Below, in pieces: positions 7,658-14,739 of a DNA stretch of 39,251 bases (position 1 is its first letter; each line of letters opens with the position of its first letter). The position numbers were made by a program, and so were the translations under genes. The DNA is from a virus (Duplodnaviria > Caudoviricetes), in IMG/VR virus record IMGVR_UViG_3300037461_000497, positions 1 through 39,251 of that record, one strand, 5' to 3'. Below the pieces are notes generated by a model, which saw only the letters and a list, made by a program, of their open reading frames with translations, had not been told where the DNA came from and searched no databases.

Positions 7658-8685
7658 GCAACTCGCTCCAAGCTAGTTCCAAGAACGGCCTTGATAGCGG
7701 CATGTACGTCGCGACGCCGGTAGGTGTTCGCCTCACGGACCAATCCCTGATCGCTCAAACGTTGCTGGCGCTTTGGTCCAGGCTTAAAACCTTGATTGCG
7801 CAACTCCTGGCCAACGTGCTGCTCCAGGTTCCATCCATGATTTGGCTTTGGGAGCTGGCTCGGATCTTTGTGGCGTTCCAGGCAGCCGTCGCGCACTGTG
7901 ATGAACTCGTCAGGGTCGAGGTCGAGTGCTAGTGTCTTTTTGATCTGCAATACCTCGGCTCGCGTGGCGCTAATCGCTTTGTCGTGGTTGTTGAGCACGC
8001 CAACGACGCGGTTGAGAACCTCTAGGTCGGACAGCCCGGAAGTGGCGAGGGAGCCGGACTTCGCCTGACGGTGGGCTTCGACGACGCGGCGCTCCATCCA
8101 GTCACCGAGCTGCTCGCGGAAGGCCTGGCCGGCTCGGCTTTCTGACTGCGTAAGAATCTGCACCATGCCAGAGCAGGTGACCAATAGACGCCCCTGCGCG
8201 TCGCGCCGCTTGTAGCGGCCGTCGAGTGCGGCGGCGCGCGTTTCGAGGAAACGCTCTAGGCTGCGTTTGCCACCATTCAGCGGCGACGGGCAGCCAGCCC
8301 TCGCATCCTCCTCGGTGATGCGGGATTGCACGTCGTCGACCGTAATCAGCGGCACGTCGTCGACCAGGAACAGTTCAAAGTCGTAGGTCCGACCGCGCCC
8401 CTCAAAGGTAAAGGTGACGGTTTCGTAGCTGTCGATTGTTGCTGGCAGGTTCATAACGTCGTCTCGGATGCCGTGGTTTAGTTCATGGCAGCGGTCGCAA
8501 ACGGCCAACAAATTGTCAGGATGGTCGTCGCTGAACCGCTTCGGATAACGGACGTGGTGCACTTGCGTTGCAGGAACAGCGCGGCATAGTTCGCAAACAC
8601 CGCGCGCGCGCTGCAGGATCACCTCGCGCATCTCGGTCCAGGCAGGCGAGGCTAGATATGCGCGGTACTCATCTGCCCTGCTCAT
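7654..8685 (-). CDS. HNH domain fused to an antirepressor-like/DNA-binding region
   Basis: CELC...VHHVRY...NLLAVCDRCHELNH in the first ~75 aa; remainder resembles phage Bro/Ant proteins by eye; GAGG RBS. Confidence 0.6.
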   Translation of the reverse strand: MSRADEYRAYLASPAWTEMREVILQRARGVCELCRAVPATQVHHVRYPKRFSDDHPDNLLAVCDRCHELNHGIRDDVMNLPATIDSYETVTFTFEGRGRTYDFELFLVDDVPLITVDDVQSRITEEDARAGCPSPLNGGKRSLERFLETRAAALDGRYKRRDAQGRLLVTCSGMVQILTQSESRAGQAFREQLGDWMERRVVEAHRQAKSGSLATSGLSDLEVLNRVVGVLNNHDKAISATRAEVLQIKKTLALDLDPDEFITVRDGCLERHKDPSQLPKPNHGWNLEQHVGQELRNQGFKPGPKRQQRLSDQGLVREANTYRRRDVHAAIKAVLGTSLERVA

Positions 8686-8773
8686 TCCTCGGCCTTTTGA
8701 CCATTCGCCCCATCCCACGCCACGGGCTCTTCTTGCTTGCAGCCTCAAGCTGGCGCGCGTGCTCGGGTTTCAT
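8669..8773 (-). CDS. 34-aa hypothetical protein MKPEHARQLE...
   Basis: Fills an operon gap; overlaps the next start. Confidence 0.35.
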   Translation of the reverse strand: MKPEHARQLEAASKKSPWRGMGRMVKRPRNEQGR

Positions 8774-8810
8774 CGGCTTGGCCGGACCCTCGTTCCTCGG
8801 TCGGCCACGC

Positions 8811-9056
8811 TTACCCGCCATACGGGTTCGCCCTATCCGCACGACGGTGCGCGATGGCCGCCTGACGGCCGCCAGAGCGCCTCTCGGCCTTCGCGGCGTG
8901 GTACGCCTCTATGGCCTTGACCGTGCGCATGTGGCTCGCCACAGCGGCGCGTAGCGGCTCCGGGACCAGGGCAAAGCGGTCGTACCGCTCGCTGCCGCCA
9001 GCGGCCACCCACGCCTGCCAGACGGCGGCCGGGTCACTCGGTGTCGGCGTCGGCAT
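8811..9056 (-). CDS. Hypothetical protein
   Basis: ORF in the cro operon. Confidence 0.55.
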   Translation of the reverse strand: MPTPTPSDPAAVWQAWVAAGGSERYDRFALVPEPLRAAVASHMRTVKAIEAYHAAKAERRSGGRQAAIAHRRADRANPYGG

Positions 9057-9231
9057 TGCGGTGGCGGATGACTTCGCGGCGGTGGATGGCGCGGTACAGC
9101 GAGCGCGCGCGCCAGACGACGCGCGGCAGCGGCCAGCCGATGGCGACCAGCTCGTCCACGAGGCGGCGTGCGTCGTCCATGTCGCGCAGGTAGTCGAGCG
9201 ACAGCGCGTGGTCGCGGATGCGCAAGCTCAT
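9034..9231 (-). CDS. Hypothetical protein (cII position)
   Basis: ATGA overlap with cro stop. Confidence 0.6.
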   Translation of the reverse strand: MSLRIRDHALSLDYLRDMDDARRLVDELVAIGWPLPRVVWRARSLYRAIHRREVIRHRNADADTE

Positions 9232-9452
9232 GCGGCGTCCTTCGGTGGCGCCCAGCCGGGATCGGGATAAATGTCCGGTCGCAGCAGGTGCGGCGACAGG
9301 CCGGTCACGCGCGACACCTCCAGCACCCGCTCGGCCGGGATACGACCTGCACGGCGCCAGTCGATAATCGAGGTGGGTCGAATGCCGAGACGGCGGGCCA
9401 ACTCGGCCTGCGAGCCGGCGCGCTGGTTGATCAGGTCGAAGATCGTGTCCAT
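9228..9452 (-). CDS. cro: Cro/YdaS-like HTH regulator
   Basis: GSQAELARRLGIRPTSIIDW...IPAERV...LRPDIY; divergent from cI. Confidence 0.9.
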   Translation of the reverse strand: MDTIFDLINQRAGSQAELARRLGIRPTSIIDWRRAGRIPAERVLEVSRVTGLSPHLLRPDIYPDPGWAPPKDAA

Positions 9453-9458
9453 GCGCGG

Positions 9459-9487
9459 ATGCTAGGCGCCGCCTTGCACTCTGTCAA
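9459..9487 (-). promoter_or_regulatory. PR-like promoter with operator TAGGC-GCC-GCCTT (9463-9475) in the spacer
   Basis: TTGACA-17-TAGCAT; cro ATG 7 nt downstream of the -10. Confidence 0.85.
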
Positions 9488-9492
9488 GACGC

Positions 9493-9521
9493 TTGCAAAG
9501 CACGGCCTTGCCGCCCATCAT
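9493..9521 (+). promoter_or_regulatory. PRM-like promoter with operator AAAGC-ACG-GCCTT (9497-9509)
   Basis: TTGCAA-17-CATCAT; cI ATG 7 nt downstream. Confidence 0.5.
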
Positions 9522-9527
9522 GTTGTT

Positions 9528-9932
9528 ATGCCTTACACTCGCGCTGTGGAAATCTGGCGACGAATTGAGGAGGCGCGGCGCTTGGGTGGCCTGTCAAAGG
9601 CCGAGCTGGCGCGCTGCACCGGAGTATCCCGTGCCACGGCCTCGCAATGGGAAGGCCACGGCTCGCGCGCCATCGCGCGCCCCTCCTGGGACAGCCTCAA
9701 GCTCATTGCGTCAGCCTGCAGCGTCGATTTCAACTGGCTTGCCACCGGGCTTGGTAGTCCAACTGGTCGGAGCGACGCTGTGTTCACCGAAGAAGAACTG
9801 GACCTCTTGTACGCATTGACCCAGCTCCCCCCTGAGCTTCGCCGCCCCCTGGAAGAACAGATCCGCGCCTTGGCGGCGGCCCTATCAGACACCCGCAAGC
9901 CCCCAACGCCGATACCCGAGAAAAAGGGTTAG
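9528..9932 (+). CDS. cI: CI-like XRE-family repressor with no S24 peptidase domain
   Basis: RIEEARRLGGLSKAELARCTGVSRATASQWE...VDFNWLATG; alternative start GTG 9546. Confidence 0.85.
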   Translation: MPYTRAVEIWRRIEEARRLGGLSKAELARCTGVSRATASQWEGHGSRAIARPSWDSLKLIASACSVDFNWLATGLGSPTGRSDAVFTEEELDLLYALTQLPPELRRPLEEQIRALAAALSDTRKPPTPIPEKKG

Positions 9933-9968
9933 CCATAGCCGGCCGCCGATTTTTTTCGCCTGAAGTGC

Positions 9969-10007
9969 AAGGCGCCGCTTGACAGCTTGATAGGCGTAGC
10001 CTAGCAT
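9969..10007 (+). promoter_or_regulatory. PL-like promoter with two operators (AAGGC-GCC-GCTTG 9969-9981; TAGGC-GTA-GCCTA 9991-10003)
   Basis: TTGACA (9979)-17-TAGCAT (10002); same hexamers as PR. Confidence 0.85.
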
Positions 10008-10032
10008 CTGTTTCCAGACACAGGAGGGCGCC

Positions 10033-10386
10033 ATGTACACGACCAGCACGATCTTCGACGTGACCGAGATCCGGTCAGAACTGCGGCCGGTCCCGAACGG
10101 CGGCTACGTCCGCGAGCTGCGCATCCAGGACACGTACAACAACGTGTTCGCCATCCAGTGCCACGGCGACTCGGCGCTGCGGCTGGAACTGCCGGAAGGC
10201 GGTCAGGCGCAGTTGCGGCGGATCGCCGAGCGCGAGGCCGAGAAGTACCTCACGGCGCTGGCGCGCATCTACGCGCTCGACGACCACGCCACGCTGGCTG
10301 ACGCCAGAAAGATCGTCGCCCAGTACCTCGATGCCGGTGACGCCATCGAGCTGGCCAGCGGCTACGAGGCGCAGGAGGCGGCATGA
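10033..10386 (+). CDS. Hypothetical early protein
   Basis: AGGAGG RBS; first gene after PL. Confidence 0.75.
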   Translation: MYTTSTIFDVTEIRSELRPVPNGGYVRELRIQDTYNNVFAIQCHGDSALRLELPEGGQAQLRRIAEREAEKYLTALARIYALDDHATLADARKIVAQYLDAGDAIELASGYEAQEAA

Positions 10387-10580
10387 ACCTGCAGACGAAG
10401 GAATGCCGGGTGGCCTACCAGATGGGCTTCGAGGACGGGCAGGCGGCGGCGCGCGAGGCGATGACGCGCATGGTGGACGACCTGGAGCAGCGTTACCTCG
10501 GCGAGGTCTACGCGCTTGAGCAGGCGCTCGACCACTACACCACCATGCCCGAGTCGCCGGTCGAGGAGGACATTCGATGA
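10383..10580 (+). CDS. Hypothetical early protein
   Basis: ATGA overlap; GGAGG RBS. Confidence 0.7.
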   Translation: MNLQTKECRVAYQMGFEDGQAAAREAMTRMVDDLEQRYLGEVYALEQALDHYTTMPESPVEEDIR

Positions 10581-10654
10581 ACCTGCGCGGCTTGCTGTTC
10601 TGCCCGGAAACGGTCGTCTTCCTGGCGCTTGTCGCCGCCGCGCTGCTGGGGTGA
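10577..10654 (+). CDS. 25-aa hydrophobic peptide MNLRGLLFCPETVVFLALVAAALLG
   Basis: GAGGAGG RBS; ATGA overlap. Confidence 0.5.
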   Translation: MNLRGLLFCPETVVFLALVAAALLG

Positions 10655-10657
10655 GTC

Positions 10658-10837
10658 ATGGTCAAGTTCAGCCCTTTCTGCGGCGAAAAGCCGCAAGACA
10701 ACGACCAGCGCCGGGACGAGTTCTATCGCCGCCTTGCGCTGGATCGCATGGACGAACTGATGGAGCGCGTCGAGGAGTTGGACCAGCTCATCGGCATGGG
10801 CGATTTGCCCGCCTATCTGCGGAGGCAGGCGTCGTGA
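10658..10837 (+). CDS. 59-aa hypothetical protein ending LPAYLRRQAS
   Basis: GGGGTG RBS; fills the operon. Confidence 0.6.
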   Translation: MVKFSPFCGEKPQDNDQRRDEFYRRLALDRMDELMERVEELDQLIGMGDLPAYLRRQAS

Positions 10838-10932
10838 CGCTGACGGCCGGCGTGATCGTGCTCGGCTTCGTGGCCACGGTCGTCGGCGGCGCCATCGGCC
10901 TCGCGTGGATCTACAGAAAGTTTGGAGGGTGA
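10834..10932 (+). CDS. 32-aa single-transmembrane peptide
   Basis: GGAGG RBS; GTGA overlap; hydrophobic stretch then RK. Confidence 0.5.
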   Translation: MTLTAGVIVLGFVATVVGGAIGLAWIYRKFGG

Positions 10933-10933
10933 C

Positions 10934-11515
10934 ATGAAAACCAGTGAACAGATCGACCAGATCGCCGCCGCGCTCGCTGCAGCGCAGGCGACGATCAAGG
11001 ACGCCAGCAAGGACCGGCAAGGCTACGGCTACAAGTACGCCGACTTGGCCAATGTCCTGCAGATCGTGCGGCCGGCGCTAACGGCGCAGGGGATCGCGAT
11101 CTTGCAGGACACCGAGACGATTGCCGACCACATCAGCGTCGCCACGCGCCTGGTGCACTCATCCGGCCAGTGGATCGAGTCCGAGCACCTGGCCCTGCTC
11201 ATCGAGGCCAAGAAGGGCCTGTCGGCGGCGCAGTGCGCCGGGTCCGTCGTCACCTACGCGCGCCGCTACTCGCTGGCCGCGATGGTCGGCCTGAGCCAGG
11301 AGGACGACGACGCAGGCGGTGCCGAAGACAAGCCGAAGGTGCCGGTGATCACCGACGCGCAGCTCTCGACGCTGCGTGACCTGTGTGCGGCGGCCGGCAA
11401 GGCAGAGGCCGACATTGCCAAGGCAATGGGCGTCGCCACGCTCGCGGCGCTGCCGGCGGCGAAGTATGCCGGCGTCGCCGACCGCCTGCAGGCGCTCGCC
11501 AAGGAGGCCGCGTGA
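10934..11515 (+). CDS. erf: Erf-family ssDNA-annealing recombinase
   Basis: YKYADL, LVHSSGQWIES, GSVVTYARRYSLAAMVGL..EDDD. Confidence 0.92.
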   Translation: MKTSEQIDQIAAALAAAQATIKDASKDRQGYGYKYADLANVLQIVRPALTAQGIAILQDTETIADHISVATRLVHSSGQWIESEHLALLIEAKKGLSAAQCAGSVVTYARRYSLAAMVGLSQEDDDAGGAEDKPKVPVITDAQLSTLRDLCAAAGKAEADIAKAMGVATLAALPAAKYAGVADRLQALAKEAA

Positions 11516-12132
11516 TTATCGTGGACGTTGAGCAGCGCAGTCCCGAGTGGCTGGCGCTGCGCCGTGGCGTGATCACCGCCAGTGCGGCGGCTCGCCTGCT
11601 GACGCCGGCCAAAGTGCAGGACTACGCGCTGGAACTGGCCGCCGAGCGGCTGGTCCGCGAGATGCCGCCGAACGTCGTCACCGCCGCCATGCAGTGGGGG
11701 ATCGACCACGAGGAGTCGGCGCGGCTGCGCTACGCCTTCGAGCGCAACGTGGACGTGTACGGTGTCGGCTTCGCTTGGCACGACGCCCACGAGGGCTGGA
11801 TCGGCTGCAGTCCTGACGGCCTTGTCTCGCCGGACGGGCTGGTCGAGATCAAGTGTCCGTCCAGCAAGCGGCACCTGCAGTATCTGAGCGACGGCGTGTG
11901 TCCGAAGGACTACGTGCCGCAGGTGCAGTTCCAGTTGTGGGTGACCGGCCACGCCTGGTGCGACTTCGTGTCCTACGATCCGCGCTTCGAGCACGGCGAC
12001 TATTTCTGCGTGCGCGTGCACCGCGACGACAAGGTGATCGAGGCGCTGGCCAACGGCGCGCGCACCTGCATCGGCCTGATTGCGCACCACGTCAACAATG
12101 CGCTTGGCAAACAACAGAGAGAGGCAGCGTAA
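11512..12132 (+). CDS. YqaJ/lambda-exonuclease family protein
   Basis: QRSPEWLALRRGVITAS, MQWGIDHE, SPDGLV...EIKCP, QVQFQLWV, CDFVSYDPR. Confidence 0.92.
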   Translation: MIIVDVEQRSPEWLALRRGVITASAAARLLTPAKVQDYALELAAERLVREMPPNVVTAAMQWGIDHEESARLRYAFERNVDVYGVGFAWHDAHEGWIGCSPDGLVSPDGLVEIKCPSSKRHLQYLSDGVCPKDYVPQVQFQLWVTGHAWCDFVSYDPRFEHGDYFCVRVHRDDKVIEALANGARTCIGLIAHHVNNALGKQQREAA

Positions 12133-12377
12133 TGGCATACGAACAGCGTGATATGAGCGGCTCGCTCTTCAGAAATGACAAGCGTGAGAGCGAGAACCAG
12201 CCGAACATGAAAGGCAGCGCCATGATCGACGGCGCCGAGTTTTGGGTGTCGGCCTGGACGAAGACCAGCAAGACCGGCGAGAAGTGGGTGTCGCTGGCGT
12301 TCACGCCGAAGGAAGCGCGCGCCGCCAAGCCAGAACCGGCGGCCACCGACAACTGGGGCGACGAGATCCCGTTTTAG
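12132..12377 (+). CDS. Small SSB-like protein (DUF736-like)
   Basis: GSLFRNDKRE..QP..KG...WVSAW; acidic DEIPF tail. Confidence 0.75.
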   Translation: MAYEQRDMSGSLFRNDKRESENQPNMKGSAMIDGAEFWVSAWTKTSKTGEKWVSLAFTPKEARAAKPEPAATDNWGDEIPF

Positions 12378-12385
12378 GGGGCGAC

Positions 12386-12589
12386 ATGAAATTGCTACTG
12401 CTGCTGTGCACCGCGCTGCTTTCCGGCTGCTACGCCGGCTCCGGCGGCTACCGGACGGTTGCGGACGATCCGCTATGGTGGAGTGGGCTGCACACGCTGA
12501 CGGCGCCGCACTACCAGGCGCCGGCAATGCTGCCGCCGCGCCCGCCAGTGAACTGCTTCCGCAACGGCAACATGGTGACGTGCTACTGA
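12386..12589 (+). CDS. Small lipoprotein
   Basis: MKLLLLLCTALLSGC lipobox; C-terminal Cys pair; GGGGG RBS. Confidence 0.7.
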   Translation: MKLLLLLCTALLSGCYAGSGGYRTVADDPLWWSGLHTLTAPHYQAPAMLPPRPPVNCFRNGNMVTCY

Positions 12590-12590
12590 C

Positions 12591-12767
12591 ATGCGCATCA
12601 CCAGGAACAAGGAACCGGGAAAGCTGTGCGACTTGTGCAAGCAGCCGCTGATCGTCGGCGAGCCGGGCGCGAATTTTCTGCCGGCGGTGACCATCGTGCG
12701 GCGCGGCCACCCGGCGTGCGTGAATCGCTGGCGCGAAAAGTGCCTTGGGAGGAAACCCAGTGAGTGA
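12591..12767 (+). CDS. 58-aa Zn-finger-like protein
   Basis: CDLC...HPAC; translated by hand. Confidence 0.55.
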   Translation: MRITRNKEPGKLCDLCKQPLIVGEPGANFLPAVTIVRRGHPACVNRWREKCLGRKPSE

Positions 12768-12942
12768 CATCGTGGAGCATCTGCGCGAGGAACTGCTGTC
12801 GCGGCACAACGAGCTGCGCGCCAAGGCAGAGGAGATCGAGTGGCTGCGCGGGCTGCTGCGCGAGGCGCTGGAAAGTCACGATCCGCCGGTCGAATGGTAC
12901 TGGCGTGTCCGTGAGGCGCTGGGCTATGTTCCTCTCGGCTGA
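12760..12942 (+). CDS. Hypothetical protein (MSDIVEHLR...)
   Basis: GGAGG RBS; N-terminus resembles 14088-14453. Confidence 0.65.
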   Translation: MSDIVEHLREELLSRHNELRAKAEEIEWLRGLLREALESHDPPVEWYWRVREALGYVPLG

Positions 12943-13126
12943 CGACCTCGCCGACCTCACCGGCCGCCGCCGGTCCTCGGCGCAGATCCGCTGGCTTTCG
13001 GCGCAGGGGCTGCGCTTCGTCTTGGGCGCTGACGGCAGGCCGCGCGTGCTGCGCGCGGAGGTGGAGGGGCGGCTGCTGAGTAAGCGGCCGGCGAGGGAGC
13101 CGCGACTGAGGGTGCAGGCGCTGTGA
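12926..13126 (+). CDS. DUF4224 excisionase-like protein
   Basis: MFLSADDLADLTGRRRSSAQIRWL...DGRPRV; directly upstream of the integrase. Confidence 0.8.
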   Translation: MFLSADDLADLTGRRRSSAQIRWLSAQGLRFVLGADGRPRVLRAEVEGRLLSKRPAREPRLRVQAL

Positions 13127-14091
13127 CGCCCGTCCGTCTCAAGCATATGCACTTCCGGCACGGCGCCTATTACTACGTCAGGCGCCAGGGCGGCAAAGTC
13201 GTGTGGCGCCGCCTGTCGGCCGACCTGAGCGAGGCGGTGAAGTTGTGGCAAGCCATCGAGGGTACGGCCGGCGTGCCTGCCACCAGGACCGTGGCGGCGG
13301 CCATCGACCGCTACCTGCTCCACCAGGCGCCGCAGTTGGCGCAGAGCACCATCGAGGCTTACGGGAAGCACAGGCGCAGGCTCGAAGCCGCCTTCGCCGA
13401 GTTCTCGGACGTGTCCCAGATCCGGTCAACGCACGTCTACGAATACCTCGACGCGAGGTCGGCGAAGGCCAGCGGTCGCCAGGAAATCAAGCTCCTGTCC
13501 GCCGCGCTCGGGTACGTCCAGCGCCTCGGCTGGATCGCGGTCAATCCCTGTCGCGGCGTCGAGATGCCCGAGGCCCGGCCGCGCCGCCGGGTGTTGTCCG
13601 ACGCCGAGGTGATCGCGCTGCGCGAGGCGGCGAACCCGAGGATGCGGTGCCTGATCGACCTGGCCTTGCTGACCGCCATGCGCCAGGGCGACCTGCTGCG
13701 GTTGCGCCTGTCGGATCTGACTGACGACGGCATCCAGGTGGAGCACGGCAAGACCGGCGCTCGGGTGCTGTACCAGTGGAGCGACGCCCTGCGTGAGGCC
13801 GTAGGGCGGGCCAAGCGGCTGCGGCGACGGGTGGGCTCGGTCTACCTATTCGCAGACGACAGGGGCGCCCCCTGGCGTGCGTCAGCGGTCCAGACGGCGT
13901 GGATCAGGCTCTGCAAGCGCGTCGGTATCCGGGACGCGCACTTCCATGACTTGAGGGGCACGACCTTGACGCTGGCCAAGGAGCAGGCGGGCATCGACTA
14001 CGCCCAGCAGCTCGCCGGTCATGCCTCGGCGACCATGACGGAAAGTTACATTGCGCGACGGAGTGTTACGAAGGTGAGGCCGATAAGATGA
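13123..14091 (+). CDS. int: Tyrosine integrase
   Basis: TAMRQGD (R), K (HGKTG), HFHDLR, LAGH, TESY. Confidence 0.93.
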   Translation: MTPVRLKHMHFRHGAYYYVRRQGGKVVWRRLSADLSEAVKLWQAIEGTAGVPATRTVAAAIDRYLLHQAPQLAQSTIEAYGKHRRRLEAAFAEFSDVSQIRSTHVYEYLDARSAKASGRQEIKLLSAALGYVQRLGWIAVNPCRGVEMPEARPRRRVLSDAEVIALREAANPRMRCLIDLALLTAMRQGDLLRLRLSDLTDDGIQVEHGKTGARVLYQWSDALREAVGRAKRLRRRVGSVYLFADDRGAPWRASAVQTAWIRLCKRVGIRDAHFHDLRGTTLTLAKEQAGIDYAQQLAGHASATMTESYIARRSVTKVRPIR

Positions 14092-14453
14092 ATGACATCG
14101 TAGAGAGGCTGCGGCTGCGGCGCGATCCGCTGACAGACGGCGAACGGGCAGAAGCCGCCGACGAGATAGAGCGGCTGCGCGATGCGCGCAGTCCTTACTG
14201 TGTGGTAGTCAGTAGAGAAACGTTGGAAGAATTTAATCGCCTCAGGGCCTTTATCGATGAGGCTTTCCAGGTCTGGCCTTACGGCGACTGGAGCGGCGGC
14301 GCCTTGCAGGATGCGCTGGTCCGGCACGGCTTCCTGGCGCTGAAAGATCCGCCGCCGCGCGAGCCATGCGGGCCGGACTGCCTATGCGCCGAATCGTACC
14401 TGGACGACGAGTTCGCTGGCGGCGACGTGCAGTGCTACTACCGGGTGCGTTAG
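14088..14453 (+). CDS. Hypothetical protein
   Basis: ATGA overlap with int; MNDIVERLR...AADEIERLR; Cys-rich C-terminus. Confidence 0.65.
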   Translation: MNDIVERLRLRRDPLTDGERAEAADEIERLRDARSPYCVVVSRETLEEFNRLRAFIDEAFQVWPYGDWSGGALQDALVRHGFLALKDPPPREPCGPDCLCAESYLDDEFAGGDVQCYYRVR

Positions 14454-14644
14454 ACAGTCTAACAAATCCGCTACCTAAGCCATTGAGCGGTATAGATGTC
14501 GGGTTTTCCAGGAGTTCCCTGGACGACGACGAGTCAAGTGACTGACGCAGGGACTGGATTTTTCCGGCGCCAGCGTCAAACGGTTGGCGTTGGCAGGCGC
14601 TGCGAGGCAATGGGAAAGAGCACGAAATGGGAGTAGCGTTAGAC
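14447..14644. other. Putative attP
   Basis: Core TCCAG-7bp-CTGGA (14507-14523); arm-like GCGTTAGAC at 14447 and 14636, inverted GTCTAAC at 14457; IHF-like boxes at 14475 and 14535; convergence point of the two transcription arms. Confidence 0.6.
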
Positions 14645-14739
14645 GGCTTTGGCACGCCAGGCGAGTGCATCTGGTGCGGCCGTTACAGCAACCGCTTGGT
14701 GGCGGGCGTCTGTCCGTCCTGCCGGCGGAAGGGGAGATC

